From Deltaproteobacteria bacterium (GTDB lineage: Bacteria; Desulfobacterota; Binatia; UTPRO1), in contig JAJCZP010000168.1 in the NCBI GenBank assembly GCA_029262315.1, positions 10,825 through 74,824 of the forward strand: DNA of 64,000 nt, given 5' to 3'. The position numbers and the translations under genes were made by a program. This document shows positions 29,686-39,947 of the stretch, piece by piece (the first letter of the stretch is position 1; each line of letters opens with the position of its first letter). Below the pieces are notes generated by a model. It did not search any database. It was not told the origin of the DNA and was given only the letters and a program-made list of their open reading frames with translations.

Positions 29686-30897
29686 TCAGGTCGAGTACGC
29701 GGAATTGAAGCGCACGTACGCTGGCGTGAGATCGCTCGTCGTCATCGCCGCCGCGCCGGTCCCGCCGCTGCCGAGATCGATACCGACGGTGAACGCCGAC
29801 TGGCGCATCAAGCGCGCCGCGCGGCGTTCGGCATCGCCTGGCACGGGCGCTCCCCGACGTAGCACCGGCACATTCCCGATGCGGACCGTCATCCGCTCGA
29901 GTCGCAGCGGCACGCCGGCATAGCCCGCCGCGCATACGATCCGGCCCCAGTTGGGATCTCCGCCGTACAACGCCGTCTTGACCAGCAGCGAGCCAGCAAT
30001 CGAGCGCGCCACCTGCCGCGCGGCCCGTCCACTTCGCGCGCCCCGGACGGCGATCCGCACGCGCTTGGTCGCCCCCTCCCCGTCGGCCACGACGTAATCC
30101 GCGAGTTCGCGCGTGACCGCCGCCAGTGCCGCACCGAACCGGCGACCATCGGCCGAGGTTCGGGCGAGAGGAGCGTTTCCGGCGTATCCGTTCGCCAGCG
30201 CAAGCACCGTGTCGTTCGTGCTCGTGTCTCCGTCGACCGTGATCGCATTGAAGGACTCGGCAACCGCGTCCGCGAGAAAGCCGCGGAGTGCCGGTGTGGG
30301 CACCGTCGCATCGGTGAGCAGGCACACGATCAGCGTTGCGAGGTCGGGCGCGATCATGCCCGCCCCCTTGGCGAGCCCAGCGATCGTCACCATGCGGCCG
30401 TCGATCCGCAGCCTACGGGACGCCACCTTGGGAAAAGCATCGGTCGTCATCATGGCGCGAGCTGCGTGCCACAACCGATCGTCGCCCAGCGCCCGCACTG
30501 CCTTTGCGATGCCCCGCACCATCGGCACGGCGGGGAGCGGCACGCCGATCTTCCCGGTAGAACACGGCACTACGGCGGAGACTGGTATGCCGAGCGCGAT
30601 CGCGGTCTGCCGACATGCGGCTCGCGCCACCCGTTCGCCCGCCGCGCCCGTACACGCGTTGGCATTGCCGCTGTTGATCAAGACGGCCTGCCCATGGCCT
30701 CGTCGCACGTGCCGCGCCGCCAGATCCACGGCGATCGCCCGAACCCGATTCTGCGTGAACACGCCCGCAACCGTCGCGGGAACCTCGGAGTGAATCAGCG
30801 CCAGATCGCGGCGGCCGCTCGGCTTGATGCCGCAAGTGACACCGGCGAACCGAAATCCGGGAACGCGAAGCGGCCGTTCGCGGATCTCACGTCGCAT
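29686..30897 (-). CDS. argJ: bifunctional ornithine acetyltransferase / N-acetylglutamate synthase
   Basis: NSGNANACTG, STGKIG, MTTD, AKGAGMIAP, DGDTSTND, DGEGATK, DPNWGR. Confidence 0.95.
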   Translation of the reverse strand: MRREIRERPLRVPGFRFAGVTCGIKPSGRRDLALIHSEVPATVAGVFTQNRVRAIAVDLAARHVRRGHGQAVLINSGNANACTGAAGERVARAACRQTAIALGIPVSAVVPCSTGKIGVPLPAVPMVRGIAKAVRALGDDRLWHAARAMMTTDAFPKVASRRLRIDGRMVTIAGLAKGAGMIAPDLATLIVCLLTDATVPTPALRGFLADAVAESFNAITVDGDTSTNDTVLALANGYAGNAPLARTSADGRRFGAALAAVTRELADYVVADGEGATKRVRIAVRGARSGRAARQVARSIAGSLLVKTALYGGDPNWGRIVCAAGYAGVPLRLERMTVRIGNVPVLRRGAPVPGDAERRAARLMRQSAFTVGIDLGSGGTGAAAMTTSDLTPAYVRFNSAYST

Positions 30898-30972
30898 GAC
30901 ACACCACTACGCCTTCACGTCGCATGACACACCACTACGCCTTCACGTCGCATGACACACCACTACGCCTTC
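30887..30972. repeat. 28-bp tandem repeat x3 spanning the secA stop and argJ start
   Basis: TCACGTCGCATGACACACCACTACGCCT repeated three times perfectly. Confidence 0.95.
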
Positions 30973-33656
30973 GCGCCGCAACACTTCTTGTACTTCTTGC
31001 CCGAACCGCACACGCACGGATCGTTCCGTCCCACCTTGGGCTGGTCGCGGCGGACGGTCTCTGGCTTCGCATCGGCACCCGCCTCGCCGTGGCTCATGAC
31101 CATGGGCGTCGCCCGGCGCTTCTGCTCGAGCCGCTCGACGTCCTCCTCGCGCGCGAGTTGGACCGTATAGAGCCGCTCCACGATATCGACATCGAGCCGC
31201 CCCATCATTTCCTGGAACATCTCGAACCCTTCGCGCTGATACTCGTTCAAGGGATTCTTCTGCCCGTAACCGCGGAGACCGATGCCTTCCTTGAGATGGT
31301 CCATCGCGAGGAGATGGTCCTTCCACGTGCCATCGATCGTCTGCAGCATGATCACCTTCTCGAGGTGCCGCAGCACGGGCGCGGTGAACGTTTGTTCTCG
31401 CTCTCCGTAGAGCGCCTTGACCCGCTCGACGAGGAGCTCTTGCACCGCCTCGGGTGTCAGGCCGGCCTGCTCATCCTCGGAAAGATTCAGACGACAATTG
31501 AATTGCTTGAACACCAGATCGTCGAGCGCCTTCCAGTCCCACTCGGAAGGATGGATGTCTTTACTGATCACCTGCGGCACGAGGTTCTCGGCCAGGTCCT
31601 CGGCGGCCTCGATCACGTCTTCCTTGAGATCGACCTCGGCCAGTACCGCGCGACGGCGGGCGTAGATGACCTCACGCTGCTTGTTCATGACGTCGTCGTA
31701 TTCGAGGAGGTGCTTCCGGATGTCGAAGTTGTGCCCTTCGACCTTCTTTTGCGCATTCTCGATGGCGGCGTTGATCCACCGATGCTCGATGGGCTCGCCT
31801 TCCTCCATCCCAAGGCGCTCCATGATCTTCTGCACCCGCTCGGCGCCGAAGATGCGCAGGAGATCGTCCTCGAGCGACATGTAGAACCGCGATGTTCCGG
31901 GATCGCCTTGGCGCCCGGAACGGCCGCGCAGCTGATTGTCGATACGCCGACTCTCGTGGCGCTCGGTGCCCAGGATGTGCAGCCCGCCGGCCTCCAGCAC
32001 CTTCTCGCGATCGGCGGCACACTCCACCTTGTGCTTCTCGAACGCGGCCTGGAACGTTGGATCGTTCGGATCGCGGGTGCCGGCCTCGTTCGCGGCCAGC
32101 GTCTCCGCGTTGCCTCCGAGGACGATGTCGGTACCGCGGCCGGCCATGTTCGTCGAGATCGTGAGCGAGCCCGAGCTGCCCGCCTGCGCAACGATCTCGG
32201 CCTCGCGGCCGTGCTGCTTGGCGTTCAGCACGTCGTGCTTGATGCCGCGCTGCTTTAGAAGTCGGCCGACGTGTTCTGACTTTTCGATCGAGATGGTGCC
32301 GACCAAGATCGGTTGGCCGCGGGCGTGGCGCTCGGCAATATCGTCGGCGACCGCCTCGAACTTCTCGCGTTCGGTCTTGTAGACGACGTCGGGCAAGTCT
32401 TCACGAACCATCGGCTTGTGCGTCGGCATGACCATCACGCCGAGCCCGTAGATCTGCCCGAACTCCACGGCCTCGGTGTCGGCAGTGCCGGTCATGCCCG
32501 CGAGCTTCTTGTACATGCGAAAATAGTTCTGGAACGTCACCGTCGCGAGCGTCTGGTTCTCGCGCTCGATCTTGACGTTCTCCATCGCCTCCACGGCCTG
32601 GTGGAGCCCATCGCTCCAACGCCGCCCGGGCATCATTCGGCCGGTGAACTCGTCGACGATGATGATCTCGCCGTCCTTCACGACATAGTCGACGTCGCGC
32701 CTGTAGAGCGCGTGCGCGCGCAGCGCCTGATTCACATGGTGGAGCGTGTCGATCTGGCCCGGATCGTACAGGTTCGAAACGCCAAGAATCTCCTCGACCT
32801 TATTGATACCCTCCTCGGTCAGTAGGGCGTTCTTCGTCTTCTCGTCGACCGTGAAGTGCTCTTCCTTCTGCAGCCGGGGAATGACGCGATCGACGACATA
32901 GTACTTCTCCGTCGACTCCTCCGCCGGGCCGGAGATGATGAGCGGCGTCCGCGCCTCATCTATGAGAATCGAATCGACCTCGTCGACGATCGCGTAGTTG
33001 AAGAGCTTGGTGACTTGTTGGCCTTTGAAGTTCGTCACCTCCTCCGGCTTCACGCGATGCACGTACTCGTCGAGGTCGAACTTCATGTTGTCGCGGAGGT
33101 AATCGAACCCGAACTCGTTGTTCTGTCCGTAGGTGACGTCGGCGTTGTAGGCGACCTTCCGTTCCTGATCGTCCATCCCATGAAGGATGACGCCGATCGA
33201 CAAGCCGAGGAAGTTGTAGAGCCGCCCCATCCACTCGGCGTCACGCCGGGCCAGGTAATCGTTCACGGTGATGACGTGCACGCCCTCGCCGGCAAGCGCG
33301 TTCAGGTAGACCGGAAGCGTGGCCACCAGCGTCTTCCCTTCACCGGTCTTCATCTCGGCCAGGACGCCTCGGTGGAGCACCACACCACCGAGCAGCTGGA
33401 CATCGAAGTGGCGCATCCCGAGGACGCGTATGGAGGCCTCCCGGCAGACGGCGAACGCCTCCGGCAGGAGATCGTCGAGCGAGGCCCCCTGCTCGAGCTG
33501 CTCCTTGAACGCACCCGTCTTGGCACGCAACTCGTCGTCCGAGAGCGCCTGTATCGCCGGCTCGAGCTCATTGATGCTCGCCACGATGGGCTGCATCTTC
33601 TTGAGGTCGCGGTCGTTCTTGGTCCCGATGACCCTACGGACGAGACTTTTCAGCAT
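30963..33656 (-). CDS. secA: preprotein translocase subunit SecA
   Basis: [42 protein letters not shown] motif [19 protein letters not shown]. Confidence 0.98.
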   Translation of the reverse strand: MLKSLVRRVIGTKNDRDLKKMQPIVASINELEPAIQALSDDELRAKTGAFKEQLEQGASLDDLLPEAFAVCREASIRVLGMRHFDVQLLGGVVLHRGVLAEMKTGEGKTLVATLPVYLNALAGEGVHVITVNDYLARRDAEWMGRLYNFLGLSIGVILHGMDDQERKVAYNADVTYGQNNEFGFDYLRDNMKFDLDEYVHRVKPEEVTNFKGQQVTKLFNYAIVDEVDSILIDEARTPLIISGPAEESTEKYYVVDRVIPRLQKEEHFTVDEKTKNALLTEEGINKVEEILGVSNLYDPGQIDTLHHVNQALRAHALYRRDVDYVVKDGEIIIVDEFTGRMMPGRRWSDGLHQAVEAMENVKIERENQTLATVTFQNYFRMYKKLAGMTGTADTEAVEFGQIYGLGVMVMPTHKPMVREDLPDVVYKTEREKFEAVADDIAERHARGQPILVGTISIEKSEHVGRLLKQRGIKHDVLNAKQHGREAEIVAQAGSSGSLTISTNMAGRGTDIVLGGNAETLAANEAGTRDPNDPTFQAAFEKHKVECAADREKVLEAGGLHILGTERHESRRIDNQLRGRSGRQGDPGTSRFYMSLEDDLLRIFGAERVQKIMERLGMEEGEPIEHRWINAAIENAQKKVEGHNFDIRKHLLEYDDVMNKQREVIYARRRAVLAEVDLKEDVIEAAEDLAENLVPQVISKDIHPSEWDWKALDDLVFKQFNCRLNLSEDEQAGLTPEAVQELLVERVKALYGEREQTFTAPVLRHLEKVIMLQTIDGTWKDHLLAMDHLKEGIGLRGYGQKNPLNEYQREGFEMFQEMMGRLDVDIVERLYTVQLAREEDVERLEQKRRATPMVMSHGEAGADAKPETVRRDQPKVGRNDPCVCGSGKKYKKCCGAKA

Positions 33657-33735
33657 CGAATCCTTCTAGTCATAACGCAGCCGCGAAGGTGCCGCAAAGG
33701 TGGCTCCTTTCGGGGGGCCGTGTTAGCCGACACGC

Positions 33736-34668
33736 ATGGCTATCGAGACCTTGAAAACGATGACCTACGAGGTCACCGGGCGGATCGCGCGCATCACCTT
33801 GAACCGGCCTGCCCGGGGCAATGGCATCACCCTCGACCTACCGCGCGAGCTCGCCAGTTGCGTGGAACAGGCCGATCTCGACCCCACCGTCCACGTAATC
33901 GCGCTTGCCGGCAACGGCAAGGGCTTCTGTGGCGGGTACGATCTGGTCGCCAGCGCCGAACGCCTCACGGACGGTGATCGTCCGGGCCTCGGCGAGGCGA
34001 CGGCACCCGCAGGCTCGGCGATCGACCCACGCGTCACCGCCCGCAACCACGACCCACGGGAGACCTGGGACCCGATGGTCGACTATCAGATGATGGCCCG
34101 GAATGTCCGCGGATTCATGAGCCTCTTCCACGCCAACAAGCCGGTCGTCTGCAAGGTGCAGGGCTTCTGCGTCGCCGGCGGTACCGACATGGCCCTCTGC
34201 AGCGATCTGCTGGTGATCGCCGAGGATGCGAAGATCGGCTACCCCCCGGCACGCGTCTGGGGATCGCCCACGACTTCGGTCTGGGCCTTTCGGATCGGCA
34301 TCGAGAAAGCGAAGCGACTGCTCTTCACGGGCGACTGCCTGAACGGACGCGAGGCCGTCGACTGGGGCCTCGCCACCGAGTGCGCACCGGCCGCCGATCT
34401 CGACACGCGCTTCGAAGTACTACTCGACCGCATCGCCCAGATGCCCATCAATCAGCTGATGATGATGAAGCTTCTCGTCAATCAAACGGTACTCGCGGCC
34501 GGGCTCCAGCCAACGCAAATCCTTGGTACTGTCTTCGACGGCATCACGCGACACACCCCTGAAGGCTACGCGTTCCAGCAGCGCGCGGCGGACGTGGGCT
34601 TCAAGACCGCTGTCCGCGAACGCGATGAACCCTTCGGCGACACCGGCCCACGTACGTTCAAGGGGTAG
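33736..34668 (+). CDS. enoyl-CoA hydratase/crotonase family protein
   Basis: ITLNRP, FCGGYDL, GFCVAGG. Confidence 0.9.
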   Translation: MAIETLKTMTYEVTGRIARITLNRPARGNGITLDLPRELASCVEQADLDPTVHVIALAGNGKGFCGGYDLVASAERLTDGDRPGLGEATAPAGSAIDPRVTARNHDPRETWDPMVDYQMMARNVRGFMSLFHANKPVVCKVQGFCVAGGTDMALCSDLLVIAEDAKIGYPPARVWGSPTTSVWAFRIGIEKAKRLLFTGDCLNGREAVDWGLATECAPAADLDTRFEVLLDRIAQMPINQLMMMKLLVNQTVLAAGLQPTQILGTVFDGITRHTPEGYAFQQRAADVGFKTAVRERDEPFGDTGPRTFKG

Positions 34669-34728
34669 GGATCGGCGAACGCGCACCGTCGCCAGGTCCG
34701 CACGACAATCGTTTCGTTGCCAATTTCC

Positions 34729-34777
34729 GCCTCAGCGCTCGATGCGTACGGCGGCCTCAGCGCTCGATGCGTACGGC
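34729..34777. repeat. tandem duplication (24-bp unit, 25-bp period) of the murI 3' end
   Basis: GCCTCAGCGCTCGATGCGTACGGC occurs at 34729 and 34754. Confidence 0.9.
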
Positions 34778-35554
34778 CGAGTCGACCGTACTGCCGAGAA
34801 ACCGGCTTCCGATCTTGACGAAACGATCCGGAACATCGGTCACGAAAAAGGACGCCGATCCCGCCACGCCCGCACGCGCACTCCCCTGCTCCGCGAGCGT
34901 TGCCGCGACTTCGCGGGCAGTCTCGGTGGCCGAGTCGACGAGCTGGACTTCGGGCCCGAGCACCGCGCCGATCGTCTCGGCAAGCAACGGATAGTGCGTG
35001 CAGCCGAGAATCAAGCTGTCGATGTGGCTCTGGCGGAGGCTCGCGAGATAGACCCCCGCGGCCTCGCGGGCGACCGGGTTGGCCACCCACCCCTCCTCGG
35101 CCAGCGGCACGAAGAGCGGACACGCGCGGGTATAGATCTCGAGGGTCGGATCCAACGCCTGCAGTGCGCGCGTGTAGCTCCCGCTCGCGATCGTGGCCTC
35201 GGTACCAATGACGCCGACCTTCCGGTTGCGGGTCGCGCCGATGGCGGCCCGCGCCCCGGGCTCGATGACGCCGATGATCGGCACGGCAAAGCGGGCCCGC
35301 AGCATCTCGAGCGCCACTGCCGACGCACTATTGCAGGCCACGACGACCAACTTGACGCCCTTGTCCACCAGGAAGGCGGTATTCTCCTCCGCATAGCTGG
35401 CGACGGTCGCCGCCGACTTCGTTCCGTAGGGGTGGCGCGCGGTGTCGCCGAGGTAGAGGAGATCCTCGCCCGGCACGACCTCGAGCAAGCGTTGCACGAC
35501 GGTCAGTCCGCCGACGCCCGAGTCGAAAATGCCGATGCCGGGAACGCGCGTCAC
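34757..35554 (-). CDS. murI: glutamate racemase
   Basis: IGIFDSGVGGLTV, PYG, VACNS, LGCTHYP. Confidence 0.96.
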   Translation of the reverse strand: MTRVPGIGIFDSGVGGLTVVQRLLEVVPGEDLLYLGDTARHPYGTKSAATVASYAEENTAFLVDKGVKLVVVACNSASAVALEMLRARFAVPIIGVIEPGARAAIGATRNRKVGVIGTEATIASGSYTRALQALDPTLEIYTRACPLFVPLAEEGWVANPVAREAAGVYLASLRQSHIDSLILGCTHYPLLAETIGAVLGPEVQLVDSATETAREVAATLAEQGSARAGVAGSASFFVTDVPDRFVKIGSRFLGSTVDSAVRIER

Positions 35555-35556
35555 GA

Positions 35557-36630
35557 CTACCGGGCGGCGAGCGTCGCGCCGAGGAGTTGCTCGCGGGGCG
35601 GCGTCTCGCCGAACACCTTCTCCCACACGGGCGGCGTCTCCATGCAGAGGTAGAGCGGCACATCGGCGAAAGCCTCGGTCAGCCACGCGCGGATCTGGCG
35701 ATACATATGGACGCGTAGGGGTTGAAAGTCCCGCCACTTTCCGTCGAGCCCGGGCACCTGCTCGCCCGCCAACAACGGCAGAGGACCGAAGCGCTCGCGG
35801 ATGCGTGTTCGGAGCCCCGGGGAGAGCCGCAGAGCCCCCATGCTCGTCCACGCCAATCGATCACGCGGCACCGCGACAGCCACCGCCGCGATCAGCTCAC
35901 GGTAGCCCTCGGCCCAACCGTCGTGCTCGATCAGCGGATCGAGATGCACGCCTACTTTGTAGCCGGCCGCAACGACACGGCGCATCGCATCCAGGCGATG
36001 CGCGATCGAGGCCGTTCCGAACTCGGCTGTGGCCACGACCGCCTCGGGCGCCAGTGACCATGACACCACGACACGATCGCACGGATCGAGATCGAGCAGA
36101 TCCTCGATGGCCGTCGTCTTCGTCTTCAGCTCCAGCAACCCATTCGGCCGCGCGGCAAAGAAGGGCACCAGCTCGCGGCTGAGGCCGGTAAGCGGATCGA
36201 GAGCCAAGCTGTCGGCAAGCTCTCCGGTACCGATCCGGAACTGCCGCTCGGGATGGGCATCCAACATCGCCCCGATCTCGGCCAAACCCGCCTCGGGGTT
36301 CACGAAGGCCGTCAAAGGCGCGTTCGCGGCGAGATACTCCTGCAAGAAGCAGTAGCGACAGTCCATCGGGCAGTTCGAGGCGAAATGCATCACCAGATAG
36401 TTGCAGCAGGCCATGCCGCGCGTCCCCGCCGGGCAGTGCTCGAGAAACGCGCTCCGTCTGAGGGCGAGAACCAGCTGGCGCTTGGAGGATGCGACGTCGC
36501 CCTCGCCGAGCAGTTGGCGCCGGTCGTCGATCTCCACGACCGGCACGTCGGGCGCGCGCGACCGGCAACGCCGCACCATGGGAGCCCCGAGAACCTCACG
36601 CTCGACGAAGATGGTTTCCGGGACGAACAC
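35557..36630 (-). CDS. spore photoproduct lyase-like radical SAM protein
   Basis: NCPMDCRYCFLQ (CxxxCxxC), RIGTGELADSLALD, LELKTK, VVVSWSL, YLCME. Confidence 0.85.
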   Translation of the reverse strand: MFVPETIFVEREVLGAPMVRRCRSRAPDVPVVEIDDRRQLLGEGDVASSKRQLVLALRRSAFLEHCPAGTRGMACCNYLVMHFASNCPMDCRYCFLQEYLAANAPLTAFVNPEAGLAEIGAMLDAHPERQFRIGTGELADSLALDPLTGLSRELVPFFAARPNGLLELKTKTTAIEDLLDLDPCDRVVVSWSLAPEAVVATAEFGTASIAHRLDAMRRVVAAGYKVGVHLDPLIEHDGWAEGYRELIAAVAVAVPRDRLAWTSMGALRLSPGLRTRIRERFGPLPLLAGEQVPGLDGKWRDFQPLRVHMYRQIRAWLTEAFADVPLYLCMETPPVWEKVFGETPPREQLLGATLAAR

Positions 36631-36688
36631 GCCTGATTTGTATACCTTTCCGCCCCTGCTCGGCTACGTCGAGGGGCCTCCCCTCGGC

Positions 36689-37189
36689 CTACAATTCGTC
36701 GAGGAGGCCGAAGAGGCGGGCGATGTCCCCGGCGCGAAGACTCGTGTCGAGGCGGGCAAGCGCCTGCGCAAGCGCGTCGGCGGACGTCACGGTGAGCGTC
36801 ACGGTGAGCGCTCCGCCTTCGAGCGCCGGCGGGAGCTGGATACGGGCCGCCGGGCCCAACGCCATGCCGCGAATCAGTGTCGTTGCCTCCGCCTCGCGCG
36901 CGACCAGGCGAGGATAGCGCAGGCGCCGGAGCGCCTCCTTCCAGCGCTTCAAACGGTCGGGCGCGGAGCCGCGCGCGGCGAGCAGGCGGCTGAGACCCGG
37001 GTCGGCGAGCACCGCACCTGGTCGCCCCGCGTCGCGGGTGGCGATGTCGTCCAGCCAATCGAGAATGTCGCGAAGATGGCGTGGACTCGGGCGCAACACG
37101 TCGACCACACGACCGAGCGCCACGCATTCGTGGTCGGACCAGTCGGCCGTGCGCGCATCGATCATCTCGGTGATGGCGGCGGAGGCCAC
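36689..37189 (-). CDS. hypothetical protein
   Basis: Codirectional ORF filling the gap between the GT2 and SPL-like genes; contains LRRLRYPRL. Start estimated. Confidence 0.65.
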   Translation of the reverse strand: MASAAITEMIDARTADWSDHECVALGRVVDVLRPSPRHLRDILDWLDDIATRDAGRPGAVLADPGLSRLLAARGSAPDRLKRWKEALRRLRYPRLVAREAEATTLIRGMALGPAARIQLPPALEGGALTVTLTVTSADALAQALARLDTSLRAGDIARLFGLLDEL

Positions 37190-37193
37190 GGCG

Positions 37194-38102
37194 TCACCCC
37201 CCGACACCAGCGGTGGCCCGAGCATGCGCTTGCCGCAACCCGCGACTATCCCCACATGCGGGCGGCACCAGATCGTGCGCAGCGGTCGCGAGCGCACGGT
37301 AGCGAGCCGCCTCGTCATGCCGCCCGCGACGGGCAGCCCCACCAGCCAATAGCGCGCACTTGGTGTCGAGCACGCGCAGCACTGCCTCGCGAGCCGCCGC
37401 GTCAAGCGATCGCTGCGCCAGGAACTTCACCAGCGCGGCAACGCGATATCGGTCGAGTCCCCACATCGAACGGGAAAGCTGATCCGCATGACCTCCCCGC
37501 TTTACGACCAACTGCTCAGGCACCAACCCCACGGGCTCGTCGAGGGCGACCCGCAGCCAGAGCTCGTAGTCCTCGCAGACGGGAAAACTCTCATCGAAAC
37601 CACCGAGTTCGTCGTACGCATCACGGCGAATGGCGACCGCCGAGGGACTCACGAGGCAACGCTCGAGACAGCGCGGAAAGAGCTGCTCTTCCTTGCGATG
37701 CCAGTACCGCGGGTTGCGGTGCCTCCCCGCATCGATCCAGCGCTCCGCCGTCTGCGTAAGCCGATAGGTAGGGTGTGCATCGACCCAGGCCATCTGACGT
37801 GCGAGCTTCGTCTCGAGCCAGAGATCGTCGGAATCGAGAAAGGCGATCCACGCGCTGTCGACCGCAGCAACCCCGGCGTTGCGGGCGGCGGCAACGCCGA
37901 CGTGCGGCCGGCAGAGGACGCTGGCGGCAATCGAAGCACCCTGCATCGCCTCCTCGGCCGCCACAGCGGTCCGGTCGTCCGAGCCATCGTCGACCACGAC
38001 CAGCGCGTGATCGTCATATGTTTGCGACAGCACCGACGCGATGGCGTCGAGCACGAAATCTGCCCGGTTGCGCACGGGGATCACGCACAGCACCCGCGGC
38101 AT
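37194..38102 (-). CDS. glycosyltransferase family 2
   Basis: VIPVRNR, VVDDGSDD, ARNAG, AFLDSDD, EDYELW. Confidence 0.92.
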   Translation of the reverse strand: MPRVLCVIPVRNRADFVLDAIASVLSQTYDDHALVVVDDGSDDRTAVAAEEAMQGASIAASVLCRPHVGVAAARNAGVAAVDSAWIAFLDSDDLWLETKLARQMAWVDAHPTYRLTQTAERWIDAGRHRNPRYWHRKEEQLFPRCLERCLVSPSAVAIRRDAYDELGGFDESFPVCEDYELWLRVALDEPVGLVPEQLVVKRGGHADQLSRSMWGLDRYRVAALVKFLAQRSLDAAAREAVLRVLDTKCALLAGGAARRGRHDEAARYRALATAAHDLVPPACGDSRGLRQAHARATAGVGG

Positions 38103-38764
38103 CAGCGCGCCCGTGCTTTCGGAGCCGAGGATGCTGGCTGCGATTTCGGTCTCGGCGGGGCACCTGGCTTGCCGCGTGGCCCAGCCGGCTCCTTCTCCTG
38201 CATCCACTGCCGGATCGTACGCCAGACCGCGTCCACCCCCTCGCCCTTGACCGCGGAGAACGGCACGACCGGCAGGCCAACCTCGGACAATGCCTTCAAG
38301 GCACGGGTGCGGTCGCGCCGGTTCAGCTTGTCCACCTTCGTGGCCACGAGCAACGCCGGCAGGCCACGGGTCGCCAGAAAGTCGAGGAGCTGTTGCTCCT
38401 CGGCCTCGGGTCCGCGACGCACATCGACCAGGATCACGACACCGACCAGGACCGCGCGATCGCCGAGATAGCTCTCGACCAGCGGACGCCAGGCGGCACG
38501 CGCGCTCTGGGAGACCCTGGCATAGCCGTACCCCGGAAGGTCGACGAACACGAGGCGATCGTCGATCGCGAAAAAGTTGATCTGCTGCGTACGCCCGGGG
38601 GTACTGCTCGTACGCGCGAGCTTCCGACGCCCGAGGAGCCGGTTGATCGCCGAAGACTTGCCAACGTTGGACCGACCCGCGAACGCCACCTCCGGATGCG
38701 TGGCCGGAGGGAAGCGCCCAGGCTGACTCGATGCGCCGGCGAACGTGGCCGTGGAAATCTTCAC
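38102..38764 (-). CDS. engB: ribosome biogenesis GTPase YihA/EngB
   Basis: GRSNVGKSS, TPGRT, DLPGYGYA, TKVDK. Confidence 0.95.
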   Translation of the reverse strand: MKISTATFAGASSQPGRFPPATHPEVAFAGRSNVGKSSAINRLLGRRKLARTSSTPGRTQQINFFAIDDRLVFVDLPGYGYARVSQSARAAWRPLVESYLGDRAVLVGVVILVDVRRGPEAEEQQLLDFLATRGLPALLVATKVDKLNRRDRTRALKALSEVGLPVVPFSAVKGEGVDAVWRTIRQWMQEKEPAGPRGKPGAPPRPKSQPASSAPKARAR

Positions 38765-38792
38765 CCGGCCACCCTTCGCCGACCGGCGATCG

Positions 38793-39341
38793 CTATCCTT
38801 GTGCCTCGATCTGTTTCAGGGTCCCGCTGACGAGGTCGTCAAACAGGCCCTTGATCGCCGTCTTCTGCACACTCACGGGCACCGGGATATTCGCCTTGTC
38901 CTTCTGAATGGCCCGGTAGATGAGGGTCGTGCCTTTGCCGTCGGCGCTCGGCTTCAGCTCGTAGCTCCCATCGATCTCGGCGAGCGAACTCTCGAGGGTC
39001 TTGAGATTCACCCTCTTGGCATCCGGCTCCATGGTGAGTTGCATCGTAAACGCTTGCACCTGTCCCAGCGCTTTCACCCGGTAGTCGAGAACCTTGACGT
39101 TCCCCTCTTCCTTGACGAGCTTCGTCTGCTGGTAGGACTCGGAATACTTCTCGAGGTTCTCCGGCGACTGCAGCCCCGCCCACGCCTTGTCGATCGGGAT
39201 ATCGATGTCTTTGCTGAGCCGAATGGTAAAGGTGTCGCCCACCTTCTCGAGGACCTCGCCTTCCTCGAGCTTCGGCGAGCACGCGGCCAAGCCAACCAAC
39301 ACGACGGCGACCGCACTGGTCGCGATGAGCGTTCTCTTCAT
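38793..39341 (-). CDS. SRPBCC/START-like lipoprotein
   Basis: Lipobox LAAC; IDIPIDKAW..L..PENL pattern; GSYEL strand followed by a C-terminal helix. Confidence 0.7.
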   Translation of the reverse strand: MKRTLIATSAVAVVLVGLAACSPKLEEGEVLEKVGDTFTIRLSKDIDIPIDKAWAGLQSPENLEKYSESYQQTKLVKEEGNVKVLDYRVKALGQVQAFTMQLTMEPDAKRVNLKTLESSLAEIDGSYELKPSADGKGTTLIYRAIQKDKANIPVPVSVQKTAIKGLFDDLVSGTLKQIEAQG

Positions 39342-39459
39342 GGGTGAGCCCTCCTGATTCGATGCTTCGGGGCTTCCCTGTCAGAAACCCGCCGCGCTGA
39401 CAAGCCGACAGGCCCCGAGGCTGATCCGCCCCGAAACCCGCGGCATGTCATTTAGACCC

Positions 39460-39921
39460 TCAATAGCCCTTGAAAGACTCGTCCGAGCCTGCCTCAACGG
39501 GCGCCGGCGGGGTGCTCTCGGTCCGGGTGGGTGTCAGCTGCTGCGCCCCGGACAAGGCGACCTCGGTCGGCTTCGGCTCGGTCGTACCGCTGAACATGAC
39601 CGTTTCCTCGCCACGAAGCATGGTCGGCGTGACGACGTAGGTTCCACCCATCGACGGGTTCCAGACCTTGCGCGCGACGTCGAGGTTGCCGCCCGTCAAC
39701 GCGTACGCGAAACCACCCGTGATCCCGCCTAGCGTGGCATAGACGATCTTCGTGGGCATGTAGACCAGGTTGGCTCCACTTGCGCCAAGGCCCATGCCGA
39801 AGTCGCGGGCGAATTGATTCTCCTCAGCCTGCGCGATCGTCCCGGAGCCCAACAGCATGCCCAACAGCGCGACCACTACTGCCGCGCCCCTTGTCTTCCG
39901 CATTACCGCTTCTCCCATCAT
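39460..39921 (-). CDS. hypothetical secreted/membrane protein
   Basis: Signal peptide (AQA); ANLVYMPTKIVYATLGG; GAGGAGG RBS. Confidence 0.75.
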   Translation of the reverse strand: MMGEAVMRKTRGAAVVVALLGMLLGSGTIAQAEENQFARDFGMGLGASGANLVYMPTKIVYATLGGITGGFAYALTGGNLDVARKVWNPSMGGTYVVTPTMLRGEETVMFSGTTEPKPTEVALSGAQQLTPTRTESTPPAPVEAGSDESFKGY

Positions 39922-39947
39922 CAACCCCTCCTCAGCGTTATTTACCA

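Noticed and set aside
30887-30972. 28-bp repeats as a CRISPR array
   Set aside because: Repeats are contiguous with no spacers, and no cas genes are present.
36785-36810. 12-bp tandem repeat CGTCACGGTGAG x2
   Set aside because: In-frame coding repeat (LTVTLTVT); unremarkable.
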